Virus record (IMG/VR): IMGVR_UViG_3300029448_000162
Span: 1-35,685 of that record
Reading direction: 5' to 3' (one strand)
DNA: 35,685 nucleotides
DNA from: a virus
Lineage: Duplodnaviria; Caudoviricetes
Below the pieces are notes generated by a model. That model saw only the letters and a program-made list of their open reading frames with translations, did no database searches and had not been told where the DNA came from. Positions within the stretch are counted from its first letter, which is position 1, and the number at the start of each line of letters is the position of its first letter. This document shows, piece after piece, positions 28,519 through 35,504 of this stretch. A program made the translations under genes and the position numbers.

Positions 28519-30288
28519 TTGTTAACAGTAAAAACACTCACAGTAAAAAACTTTCTAAGCGTGGGCAATCAAGCACAGGCCATAAACTTTGAAGGTAAAA
28601 ATTTAGTATTGGTATTGGGTGAAAACATGGACCTTGGTGGTGACGATGCAGGTGCTAGAAATGGTACAGGTAAAACCACAATAATAAATGCAATCAGTTA
28701 TGCACTATTTGGCGATGCACTAACACAAATTAGAAAAGACAATCTTGTTAATAAAACCAACAACAAAGATATGTTGGTTTCAATCACTTTTGAAAAAAAC
28801 AATACCACGTACACAATTGAAAGAGGCAGGAAACCAGCCAAACTTAAATTTTATATTAATGATGTTGAACAAGAAAGCAACGAAGCACAGGGAGAAAACA
28901 GAGAAACACAACACGAAATAAACAAATTAATTGGAATGAGTCATGCCATGTTCAAGAACATTATTGCTTTGAACACATACACTCAACCGTTTCTGGCCAC
29001 TAAACAGGCAGAACAAAGAGAAATAATCGAACAACTTTTAGGAATTACAATACTTTCAGAAAAAGCAGATCTACTTAAAGATCAAATGCGTGGTACAAAA
29101 GAAGAATTAATGAGTGAGAAATACAAACTGGACAGTATAAAACAAAGCAATGATAAAATTAGCGAATCAATAAAAACTATCAAACTACGAAGCAGTGCAT
29201 GGCAGTCACAAAAAGAACAAGATGTTGAAAAGTTCAAAGACGCAATCGCTGAACTAGAAAAAGTAGACATTTCAGCCGAACTTGAATCACATAAAAGTCT
29301 ACAAAAACACAACGAGGACTCCAAAACACTGGCCAGTTTGCAAAAAGAAAAAGCATATCATGAAAACAGTTTGACCAAAGCAGATTCCAATGTTGACAAA
29401 ACAAAAGGCGATATAGAATATGCTAAAGATGCCAAGTGTCCAACATGTGAACAAGAACTGCATGGAGATAAACACATGCAACTACAAGATAAACTGCAAA
29501 AAATACTTACAGAAGGTGAAGATTACAGTAATAAACTAAAAAGTGATCTTGCAAAAATACAACACCAGATTGACGACATAGGTGATTTGGGTGTTATACC
29601 AGACACTTATTACGATTCAATAGACGAAGCATACAATCACAAAGGCACACTAAAAGATCTCAACAGACAACTGGAGCAAACTGAGTCAAAAGAAGATCCT
29701 TACGCAGAACAAATACAGGAATTAACTAAAAGTGCCATACAAAAAATAGATTACACAAAAGCCAACGAACTAGAAGATTTATACAGACACCAAGAATTTT
29801 TATACAAATTGCTAACAGCCAAAGACAGTTTTTTACGAACAAAAATCATAGAACAAAATTTAACATATTTGAATCAGCGATTGGCCAACTATTTGGCAAA
29901 AGTAAAACTGCCACACACTGTGGTGTTTAGGCCGGATCTGTCTGTTTCCATTGAAGAATTGGGCAGAGAACTGGACTTTGATAATTTAAGTAGAGGTGAA
30001 CGTAACAGATTGATTTTGAGTTTGAGTTGGGCGTTCAGAGATGTGTGGGAAGGATTATATCAACAGATCAACTTGCTGTTTATTGACGAATTAATAGACG
30101 CAGGTATGGATACATCCGGTGTTGAAAGTTCCATGGCTGTACTAAAAGACATGGCAAGAACACAAAACAAAAACATTTTTTTAATTTCACACAAAGACGA
30201 ACTGGTCAGCAGAGTAAATTCTGTTTTAAAAGTGATAAAAGAAAACGGCTTTACCAATTATGCCAACGATGTGGAAATTGTTATTTAG
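28519..30288 (+). CDS. gp46: Recombination ATPase, Rad50/SbcC-like
   Basis: Walker A NGTGKTT, coiled coil with CPTC zinc hook, signature LSRGE, Walker B LLFIDE and H-loop ISH. TTG start preceded by GAGG. Confidence 0.93.
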   Translation: MLTVKTLTVKNFLSVGNQAQAINFEGKNLVLVLGENMDLGGDDAGARNGTGKTTIINAISYALFGDALTQIRKDNLVNKTNNKDMLVSITFEKNNTTYTIERGRKPAKLKFYINDVEQESNEAQGENRETQHEINKLIGMSHAMFKNIIALNTYTQPFLATKQAEQREIIEQLLGITILSEKADLLKDQMRGTKEELMSEKYKLDSIKQSNDKISESIKTIKLRSSAWQSQKEQDVEKFKDAIAELEKVDISAELESHKSLQKHNEDSKTLASLQKEKAYHENSLTKADSNVDKTKGDIEYAKDAKCPTCEQELHGDKHMQLQDKLQKILTEGEDYSNKLKSDLAKIQHQIDDIGDLGVIPDTYYDSIDEAYNHKGTLKDLNRQLEQTESKEDPYAEQIQELTKSAIQKIDYTKANELEDLYRHQEFLYKLLTAKDSFLRTKIIEQNLTYLNQRLANYLAKVKLPHTVVFRPDLSVSIEELGRELDFDNLSRGERNRLILSLSWAFRDVWEGLYQQINLLFIDELIDAGMDTSGVESSMAVLKDMARTQNKNIFLISHKDELVSRVNSVLKVIKENGFTNYANDVEIVI

Positions 30289-31072
30289 AAATTAACTGTT
30301 CAGACACACTGACACATTCGCCGTCTTTTTTTGCAACATAAAAGAAATTAGTTTCTTGTAAATTGTTATCCTTACAAATCTTTTTATATTTTTCACCATA
30401 CGTATTCCATCCGTAATCTCTTTCAATGTTGTCCATAACTAAACTTCCACATGATATTAGTGCATCATTGTATTTTTGCTGAGCGTTAAACATTGTTATT
30501 GAGTCCATTGATTTTTGTTTGCTATATCTAAGGCCTATTCTGTTCCATGATCCAATGTATTTTGATAGACTCATTCCAAAACTTTTTATGTTGGGATGAC
30601 CAAAATCTAAATTTATGTCTTTGGATACAGTAATCCATGCACAATCAATATGCACATCGATGTTTTTATTTTCACATTCTTCTAATATTTGGTTCCATTT
30701 TGGTCGAGGTCCATAATAATAATTTGGTATTGATACAATTAAAGGTACCTCCGGTTCAAGACTACCAATTTCAGTTGGACGTTTACCCATCACTGCATAG
30801 TAAGCATAATCTCTTGGCAATATCTGAATATTCCATTTATTTTTAAGTGCTAGACTTTCAATAAATTGTGTGCATCCAATTATGATATCTTTATTAGGAA
30901 ACTGATCAACATTGTGCAATTGATTTAATTTTGTTGCCATAAACCAATTGTCTGCTTGTTCTATAAACTCATTTCTAGAAACAATTTTCTGTGGATCGGA
31001 AAAAAATCTTTTTTTAAGATTTTTAATTTTTTCGTCCTCGATGGGTATCAACTTTTTACTAAATTCTTGCAT
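30281..31072 (-). CDS. Compact PLP-dependent transferase-fold enzyme (aminotransferase/decarboxylase-like)
   Basis: 'VHIDCAW' (PLP-binding Asp motif) and 'MSLSKYIG.WNRIGLRY' (SxSK Schiff-base Lys followed by RIG), as in fold-type I enzymes. Confidence 0.65.
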   Translation of the reverse strand: MQEFSKKLIPIEDEKIKNLKKRFFSDPQKIVSRNEFIEQADNWFMATKLNQLHNVDQFPNKDIIIGCTQFIESLALKNKWNIQILPRDYAYYAVMGKRPTEIGSLEPEVPLIVSIPNYYYGPRPKWNQILEECENKNIDVHIDCAWITVSKDINLDFGHPNIKSFGMSLSKYIGSWNRIGLRYSKQKSMDSITMFNAQQKYNDALISCGSLVMDNIERDYGWNTYGEKYKKICKDNNLQETNFFYVAKKDGECVSVSEQLISK

Positions 31073-31640
31073 ATCTTATATAAATGCTTTTTCTTATTGC
31101 ATCGCCGACAAGTTTATGTTCTGTACCGTGCCAACTTTGTGCATTGTTTAAAAGAGCGTATCCTGTATTTTCTTTATATTTAAAAACAGTGAAAGGAGTT
31201 TTAGCATTTTGTGATGAGTATAATACAGTGCCGGGCATACTTTGTTCACTACCTAAATAAATTTGTAGTGCTAATGCTATTCTACTATCGTCCCTGTGGG
31301 GCAAAAGATTATATCCGTCGGAATCAAACCATATGTCTGCTGTTTCTGCTTGTAATTTAATTTTATATTTGTCTTCCAACACTTTTTTAATTTTTGCTGA
31401 CCTAAAAATTAAATTTAATTCTTTAGAAATATTTTCTTTATAATCAACTCTTACTCGATTTAGATTTTTTTGTTTTTCAAGTTTTGTTACTACACAGTTG
31501 GTAGGATTTATTTTTTGTAATTGTTTAATTAGACTTTCAGGTAGAATATTTTGAAAAGTTTGGTAATAAATGCCATGTTTTTCAATTACCACGCTTTTTT
31601 CTATTGACTGAACCAGAAAATTAATGTTATCATTGAACAT
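31059..31640 (-). CDS. 2OG-Fe(II) oxygenase superfamily protein
   Basis: 'GYNLLPHRDD' (HxD), 'LQIYL', 'PGT', 'SWHG' (distal His) and 'RKSIY' (2OG-binding Arg). Confidence 0.8.
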   Translation of the reverse strand: MFNDNINFLVQSIEKSVVIEKHGIYYQTFQNILPESLIKQLQKINPTNCVVTKLEKQKNLNRVRVDYKENISKELNLIFRSAKIKKVLEDKYKIKLQAETADIWFDSDGYNLLPHRDDSRIALALQIYLGSEQSMPGTVLYSSQNAKTPFTVFKYKENTGYALLNNAQSWHGTEHKLVGDAIRKSIYIRYARI

Positions 31641-31679
31641 ACGTTAATTAATTATCGTACGACAACAAAGGAATAAAAT

Positions 31680-31868
31680 ATGTCACAAACACATGAATCG
31701 ATAATGACAGCAATTCAAACTTACTCAGAAGAAAATTCTAAGTTTGTGGAAAAAGGTGTAAAGGCATCTGCGACTAGAGCCAGAAAAGCCCTTGCTGAAT
31801 TATCTAAATTAATAAAAGCAAGAAGAAAAGAAATTCAAGAATCTAAAAACGCACAAAAAGCCGCGTAA
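31680..31868 (+). CDS. Small basic Hc1/histone H1-like protein
   Basis: 62 aa with 'ENSKFVEKGVKASATRARKALAELSKLIKARRKEI'. AAGGA Shine-Dalgarno upstream and its own terminator. Confidence 0.75.
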   Translation: MSQTHESIMTAIQTYSEENSKFVEKGVKASATRARKALAELSKLIKARRKEIQESKNAQKAA

Positions 31869-31890
31869 AAATCTTAGAATTGCAATTCAT

Positions 31891-31928
31891 AATAAGCCTG
31901 TAATTAAACTTGCAGGCTTATTTTTTTT
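31891..31928 (+). terminator. Intrinsic terminator, possibly bidirectional
   Basis: AATAAGCCTGTAA-ttaaac-TTGCAGGCTTATT hairpin followed by a T run, between convergent genes. Confidence 0.85.
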
Positions 31929-32799
31929 ACATGTAATTTTCTAAAATACCTTCTCTGAAAAGATCTTGAGTGATACAATGAAGGCCGTTGTCCCAAAAAT
32001 ATTTGTCTCTGAATTGACACACTATTGGGTTAATTTTGTGTTTTTCTAAAAAATAAAATAACTCTTTATTTTCTTTTGTCATTACACAGTTTTGTTCATC
32101 AATTGATAATATGTTGACATTGTAATTGCTTTCATTAAAATTTCCTGACCACTTGTACCCAGTTTTTTTCATCCAATCTATAGCGTCGTAATTGTATGGC
32201 TTACTGTGCTCTACTGTAAGATAATGTATATCCCAATTTGGATAGATTTTTTCTAAGTCGGGCAAGTCACGAGTAGCAACTATAACTCCTGGTTTAAGAA
32301 TACTGTAAACTCCGTCCATGTGCCAGCCGTATCTTGTTATTTTTACTTTGTATTTGTTTTCGTCAAACCATTGTAACATTTTTTCTTCAGTGCTTTTAGA
32401 CACGTTTGAACTAATATCCCAGTGAATTTGTGTTCCACACCTGATGATGTTACCGCTTGATATGTCGTCTTGCATAAACCATTTTGTATTTTTCCGATCA
32501 ATGTTTTTTAAAATATTTGTGTACCCGCCTATAATCTTGCCTACAAACAATTGCTCTCCCAACACTGTAAAATAATCACGAGGAGATATTGGCGGTCTTT
32601 GATTATGATCTGTGATTGCTTCTGGCCTTACACAATTTACTCCCATTGACTCTAACACTTGAATTAAATTCTGTATATCTTCCTCAGTGTTGTGCATAGT
32701 TTCCTTTAGGATATCTGGAACGCTCTCAGGACTGTGTCCTCTACCAACTATGCAGTGTTTCAACGGATGAAAAGTTGTATAACCTTTTACAGGTATCAT
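31927..32799 (-). CDS. Amidinotransferase family (pentein fold) protein
   Basis: 'FHPLKHCIVGR', 'PRD', 'HMDG..SILKPG', 'NVNILSID' and C-terminal 'GLHCITQDLFREG' with the catalytic Cys. Confidence 0.85.
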   Translation of the reverse strand: MIPVKGYTTFHPLKHCIVGRGHSPESVPDILKETMHNTEEDIQNLIQVLESMGVNCVRPEAITDHNQRPPISPRDYFTVLGEQLFVGKIIGGYTNILKNIDRKNTKWFMQDDISSGNIIRCGTQIHWDISSNVSKSTEEKMLQWFDENKYKVKITRYGWHMDGVYSILKPGVIVATRDLPDLEKIYPNWDIHYLTVEHSKPYNYDAIDWMKKTGYKWSGNFNESNYNVNILSIDEQNCVMTKENKELFYFLEKHKINPIVCQFRDKYFWDNGLHCITQDLFREGILENYM

Positions 32800-33221
32800 T
32801 TGTTAAGTATACCTTTACCGTGTACCCTTACCCTTATATGACCATTGTAATATTGTTCGCTTAACAGCACGCCTTTTGAAAATTGTTCGTGTGCTTCCCA
32901 ATAATTACATTCTGCTTTACTTTTACAATATCTTAAAATAATTCTGTTAAATTTAGATTTGCCAAAACGTTTGATGTCGGCGTGTAAGGCATCACTGCTA
33001 CCATAGTAGTCTTTCCAGTCGCTGTCCACAGCGCCGCGAATTCTTTTGCGTATTTTTTTTCCGTTTTTTTGCGTATGCATCTTATAGCGTAAGGTTTTGA
33101 ATTTGGCTAGTTTCTTTCCAATGTATCTGCGATTGTTCTCAAGGCAGATGATTTCATACACAAAACCCACACAATCTTTTGGTAATTGTTCAACTCTAGT
33201 GTTTTGATACTGCCATGTCAT
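32796..33221 (-). CDS. Stand-alone GIY-YIG family nuclease
   Basis: 'GFVYEI......RRYIGKK', 'WKDYYGSS', 'F.R.IL', conserved Glu in 'NYWEA' and 'YYN'. No separate DNA-binding domain seen. Confidence 0.75.
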   Translation of the reverse strand: MTWQYQNTRVEQLPKDCVGFVYEIICLENNRRYIGKKLAKFKTLRYKMHTQKNGKKIRKRIRGAVDSDWKDYYGSSDALHADIKRFGKSKFNRIILRYCKSKAECNYWEAHEQFSKGVLLSEQYYNGHIRVRVHGKGILNK

Positions 33222-33226
33222 TGTGG

Positions 33227-33234
33227 TATTTAAA
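33227..33234 (-). promoter_or_regulatory. Late-promoter variant TTTAAATA
   Basis: 5 nt before ATG 33221, with no Shine-Dalgarno. Confidence 0.5.
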
Positions 33235-33244
33235 GTCAGAAAAG

Positions 33245-33273
33245 TTGACCATGCAAATAATCTGTGTTATATA
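33245..33273 (+). promoter_or_regulatory. Sigma70-type promoter with extended -10
   Basis: TTGACC (33245-33250), 17-nt spacer ending in TGT, then TATATA (33268-33273). Confidence 0.7.
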
Positions 33274-33279
33274 CAAGTG

Positions 33280-33660
33280 ATAGGCACACCACAAATAGCA
33301 CACAAAATCAACAGGCACACATAGCATCGCAATCAGTGAGCAGGGAAATGCGGCTACACAGCGACAGGTGAATCCCTTGATGTAAATGCAAAAATGAAGA
33401 GGCTCTGGGAAACAGATCCAACCTCAGGTAGGCATGAACGTATCGTACAAGGGTCATGTCTGCTCGCGTTGTAATGAATGAGCAAACGGGTACAGCACAA
33501 CCGCCCGACCAAGGTAGCGATGTACGGTGACTGTGAACTCACCACAGGAGGTTCGGCTAGCAATAGCCGAATTGTGACTGTTCATCTACCACAGGAGACG
33601 CAACTAAAGACGAAACGAGCACAGCGAAGTTTCAGATGTGCGAATGCACATCTTTCCAGA
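33280..33660 (+). ncRNA. Putative large structured non-coding RNA, family not recognised
   Basis: Own promoter, several hairpins with G-U pairs, a GCAA tetraloop, a 24-nt imperfect direct repeat, possible long-range pairings and a terminal hairpin. No credible CDS until 33679. Confidence 0.6.
33527..33597 (+). repeat. 24-nt imperfect direct repeat flanking a GNRA hairpin
   Basis: GTGACTGTGAACTCACCACAGGAG (33527-33550) and GTGACTGTTCATCTACCACAGGAG (33574-33597) are 19/24 identical. Between them is TTCGGCTA-GCAA-TAGCCGAA. Confidence 0.9.
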
Positions 33661-33678
33661 TCCATAACTATTTGTACA

Positions 33679-34455
33679 ATGATTTTAGTATGGGATCACA
33701 GTCATGGCAAACAGGAACAGCAGGACCTTGTGGTGTGTAGACCTTACGCGATCCCCGAAAGTTACGAAGAAGCCGAAATGGTCGACAGCGGATGGTTGGC
33801 ACTGGACAGGCCCATCTACCATGAGGGCAGACTGCAGGAGTGTTTCTACCAGAGCCGTAGCACACGCATACAACTAAAAAATTACCGTGCGCCCAAGACG
33901 GAGGCAACGCACCGCGGTGAAAAAATACAGATGATGGAGATAATACCCGAGGAGCACAACGTGGAGATGACCGGACTGCGACACGTGTACAACCGCTACA
34001 TCAAGCGCACCAGGTTCAGAGATATCTATGATCCGTTTGTGTCCATACAGCCACGCGACAGTTTCCTGATCTATTACGTGGGCGACGTCACCAACATACT
34101 GGGTTTCAGCAAGATCAAGAGGTACTGGTTCCAGGAAGAACTGCTGAACTACAACAACCGCAGGGAGATACGCAGGATCAGACCGGACCAGTGTTATGCA
34201 ATGGAGAGCGTCCTACACGCCAACACTGTGCCGATCAGCAGGATCACTGTGGACATGGAGGCATCATGGGCCAAGAAAAAAGGCATGAGCGAACTTTACC
34301 TCGGAAGCGGCTATGAGAGGTCCAGCATCTACAAGAGCAAGTTCAGAGGATTTCAATGGTGGACAGGCACCATGTGGAGCAGTGACAAGAAGAAGTACAC
34401 AAGACTGTGTGAGCGTGACAGCAGTGTCAAGAAGATTTCCGATCTCGCCACTTGA
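33679..34455 (+). CDS. Aminoacyl-tRNA-protein transferase, ATE1/Bpt-like
   Basis: N-terminal 'EMVDSGW' and 'STRI.L..Y', and C-terminal 'EASWAKKKGMSELYLGSGYERSSIYKSKFRGFQWW.G..W', resemble ATE_N/ATE_C motifs. Start moved from 33478 to ATG 33679, which follows CATAACTA by 8 nt. Confidence 0.65.
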   Translation: MILVWDHSHGKQEQQDLVVCRPYAIPESYEEAEMVDSGWLALDRPIYHEGRLQECFYQSRSTRIQLKNYRAPKTEATHRGEKIQMMEIIPEEHNVEMTGLRHVYNRYIKRTRFRDIYDPFVSIQPRDSFLIYYVGDVTNILGFSKIKRYWFQEELLNYNNRREIRRIRPDQCYAMESVLHANTVPISRITVDMEASWAKKKGMSELYLGSGYERSSIYKSKFRGFQWWTGTMWSSDKKKYTRLCERDSSVKKISDLAT

Positions 34456-34963
34456 CCACTTCCGCGAGATGTTTTTTAGTCCAATTGTTATAGTAGTTTG
34501 TGTTGGTAAGTTGTCGGCTGAAACGATTGAGTTTGCTTAGTCGTTGAACCAGCAACAAGATGTATTTGCCATTGCTGAGACTCACACCCTTAACCTGTTC
34601 TTTTATCTTAGGATGATCCTCCAGCACCACAATGTCTTTTTTCATGTAGACAGAATTCAATTGCACAGCGACTTTTCTTGTGTAGTCCGGCTTCCATCTG
34701 GTACCTGGTAGTATCATGCAAAGCACCTCGTGTTTGTCAAACTCGTGTCTATCTATCCAGGTCCAACAATTGCTGTCTGGTTCTTCGTCTTGTATGGTTC
34801 TAAAAAATATCTGCCCCTGTAGTCTGGCCTTTTGTGCAAATGGACACGGTGGCATGTTGCCAAAGACAGGATGAGGTATCTCCACAAATGTCTTTATCCA
34901 GTTGGTAATGTAATCTTTAGGACTGATCTTCTGACTGGTCTTCTGTCTGTTCTGCTTCGCCAT
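34427..34963 (-). CDS. Conserved hypothetical protein, DUF1415-like (PCPFA motif)
   Basis: 'WIKTFVE.PHP.FGNMPPCPFA..AR' and 'VLEDHP'. ATG 34963 has GAGG 6 nt upstream and is preferred over the track start at 35014. Confidence 0.55.
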   Translation of the reverse strand: MAKQNRQKTSQKISPKDYITNWIKTFVEIPHPVFGNMPPCPFAQKARLQGQIFFRTIQDEEPDSNCWTWIDRHEFDKHEVLCMILPGTRWKPDYTRKVAVQLNSVYMKKDIVVLEDHPKIKEQVKGVSLSNGKYILLLVQRLSKLNRFSRQLTNTNYYNNWTKKHLAEVVKWRDRKSS

Positions 34964-35216
34964 CTTTTTCCTCAGTCTCTTGTCCCAATTCTCTTCTGAA
35001 ACGTGAAATCTCATTGGTAAGTTCTTTTATTTCTTCTTCCTGTTCGCGTATTTTCTTTCCGCAATGGCTTACATCATCCACAGATTGTTCAAGTTGTACA
35101 AGCACCTGCTTGATACGACTTTCTTTGCTTTTTAATTTGGCAAGCAGATCGTCTTTCTCGTCGGTGAGTTCTTTTATTGTGTTTTTCAACTCTCTAAGGA
35201 GATCCTTCTGTGACAT
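34917..35216 (-). CDS. Hypothetical coiled-coil protein with acidic tail
   Basis: 99 aa with heptad-like L/I periodicity and a C-terminal E/D/Q-rich tail. AT-rich promoter-like region upstream. Confidence 0.6.
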   Translation of the reverse strand: MSQKDLLRELKNTIKELTDEKDDLLAKLKSKESRIKQVLVQLEQSVDDVSHCGKKIREQEEEIKELTNEISRFRRELGQETEEKDGEAEQTEDQSEDQS

Positions 35217-35280
35217 ATGAAATTATATATTAATACGAGTGTGTATCATTAAGTTAGTATATTTAAATATTATACATTAT

Positions 35281-35499
35281 TTAGAAGAAATCTCTACCTG
35301 ATTTTTTGGTAGTTTCCAGATTCTCTTTGACGATTTTTGCCACTATCTTGCGTTCTTCTATGTCCATGTTAAGAGATTCTTGGTAAGTTACACCTCCACG
35401 CATAAACCAACATATTTTCAAAAGTTCATGTTTTAGGTTCTTGATGTCTGATTCTAGTTCCTTGAGATATTTTATTATTTCAGAATCCGCGAGTGCCAA
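35281..35499 (-). CDS. gp51-like baseplate/tail assembly protein, probably the -1 frameshift extension of the upstream gene
   Basis: 'ICWFMRGGVTYQESLNMDIEER'. Only a TTG start without Shine-Dalgarno, and the frame stays open back through the slippery site at 35511-35520. Confidence 0.6.
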   Translation of the reverse strand: MALADSEIIKYLKELESDIKNLKHELLKICWFMRGGVTYQESLNMDIEERKIVAKIVKENLETTKKSGRDFF

Positions 35500-35504
35500 A
35501 AGTC

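Noticed and set aside
33527-33597. Mini CRISPR array
   Set aside because: Only two imperfect repeats, the 23-nt 'spacer' is itself a hairpin, and no cas genes are present in the window.
33280-33660. tRNA, tmRNA, RNase P RNA or group I/II intron
   Set aside because: I found no T-loop/cloverleaf, no GAGGAAAGUCC, no group I P7 (R/S) motifs and no group II domain V. The element does not interrupt a gene.
33478-33678. 67-codon N-terminal extension of the transferase ORF given in the track
   Set aside because: It overlaps the hairpin/repeat region, has no RBS and does not look protein-like. ATG 33679 has a late-type box at the usual spacing.
34964-35014. Longer GTG-started version of the DUF1415-like ORF
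   Set aside because: It lies wholly inside the upstream coiled-coil gene, and ATG 34963 has a clear GAGG.
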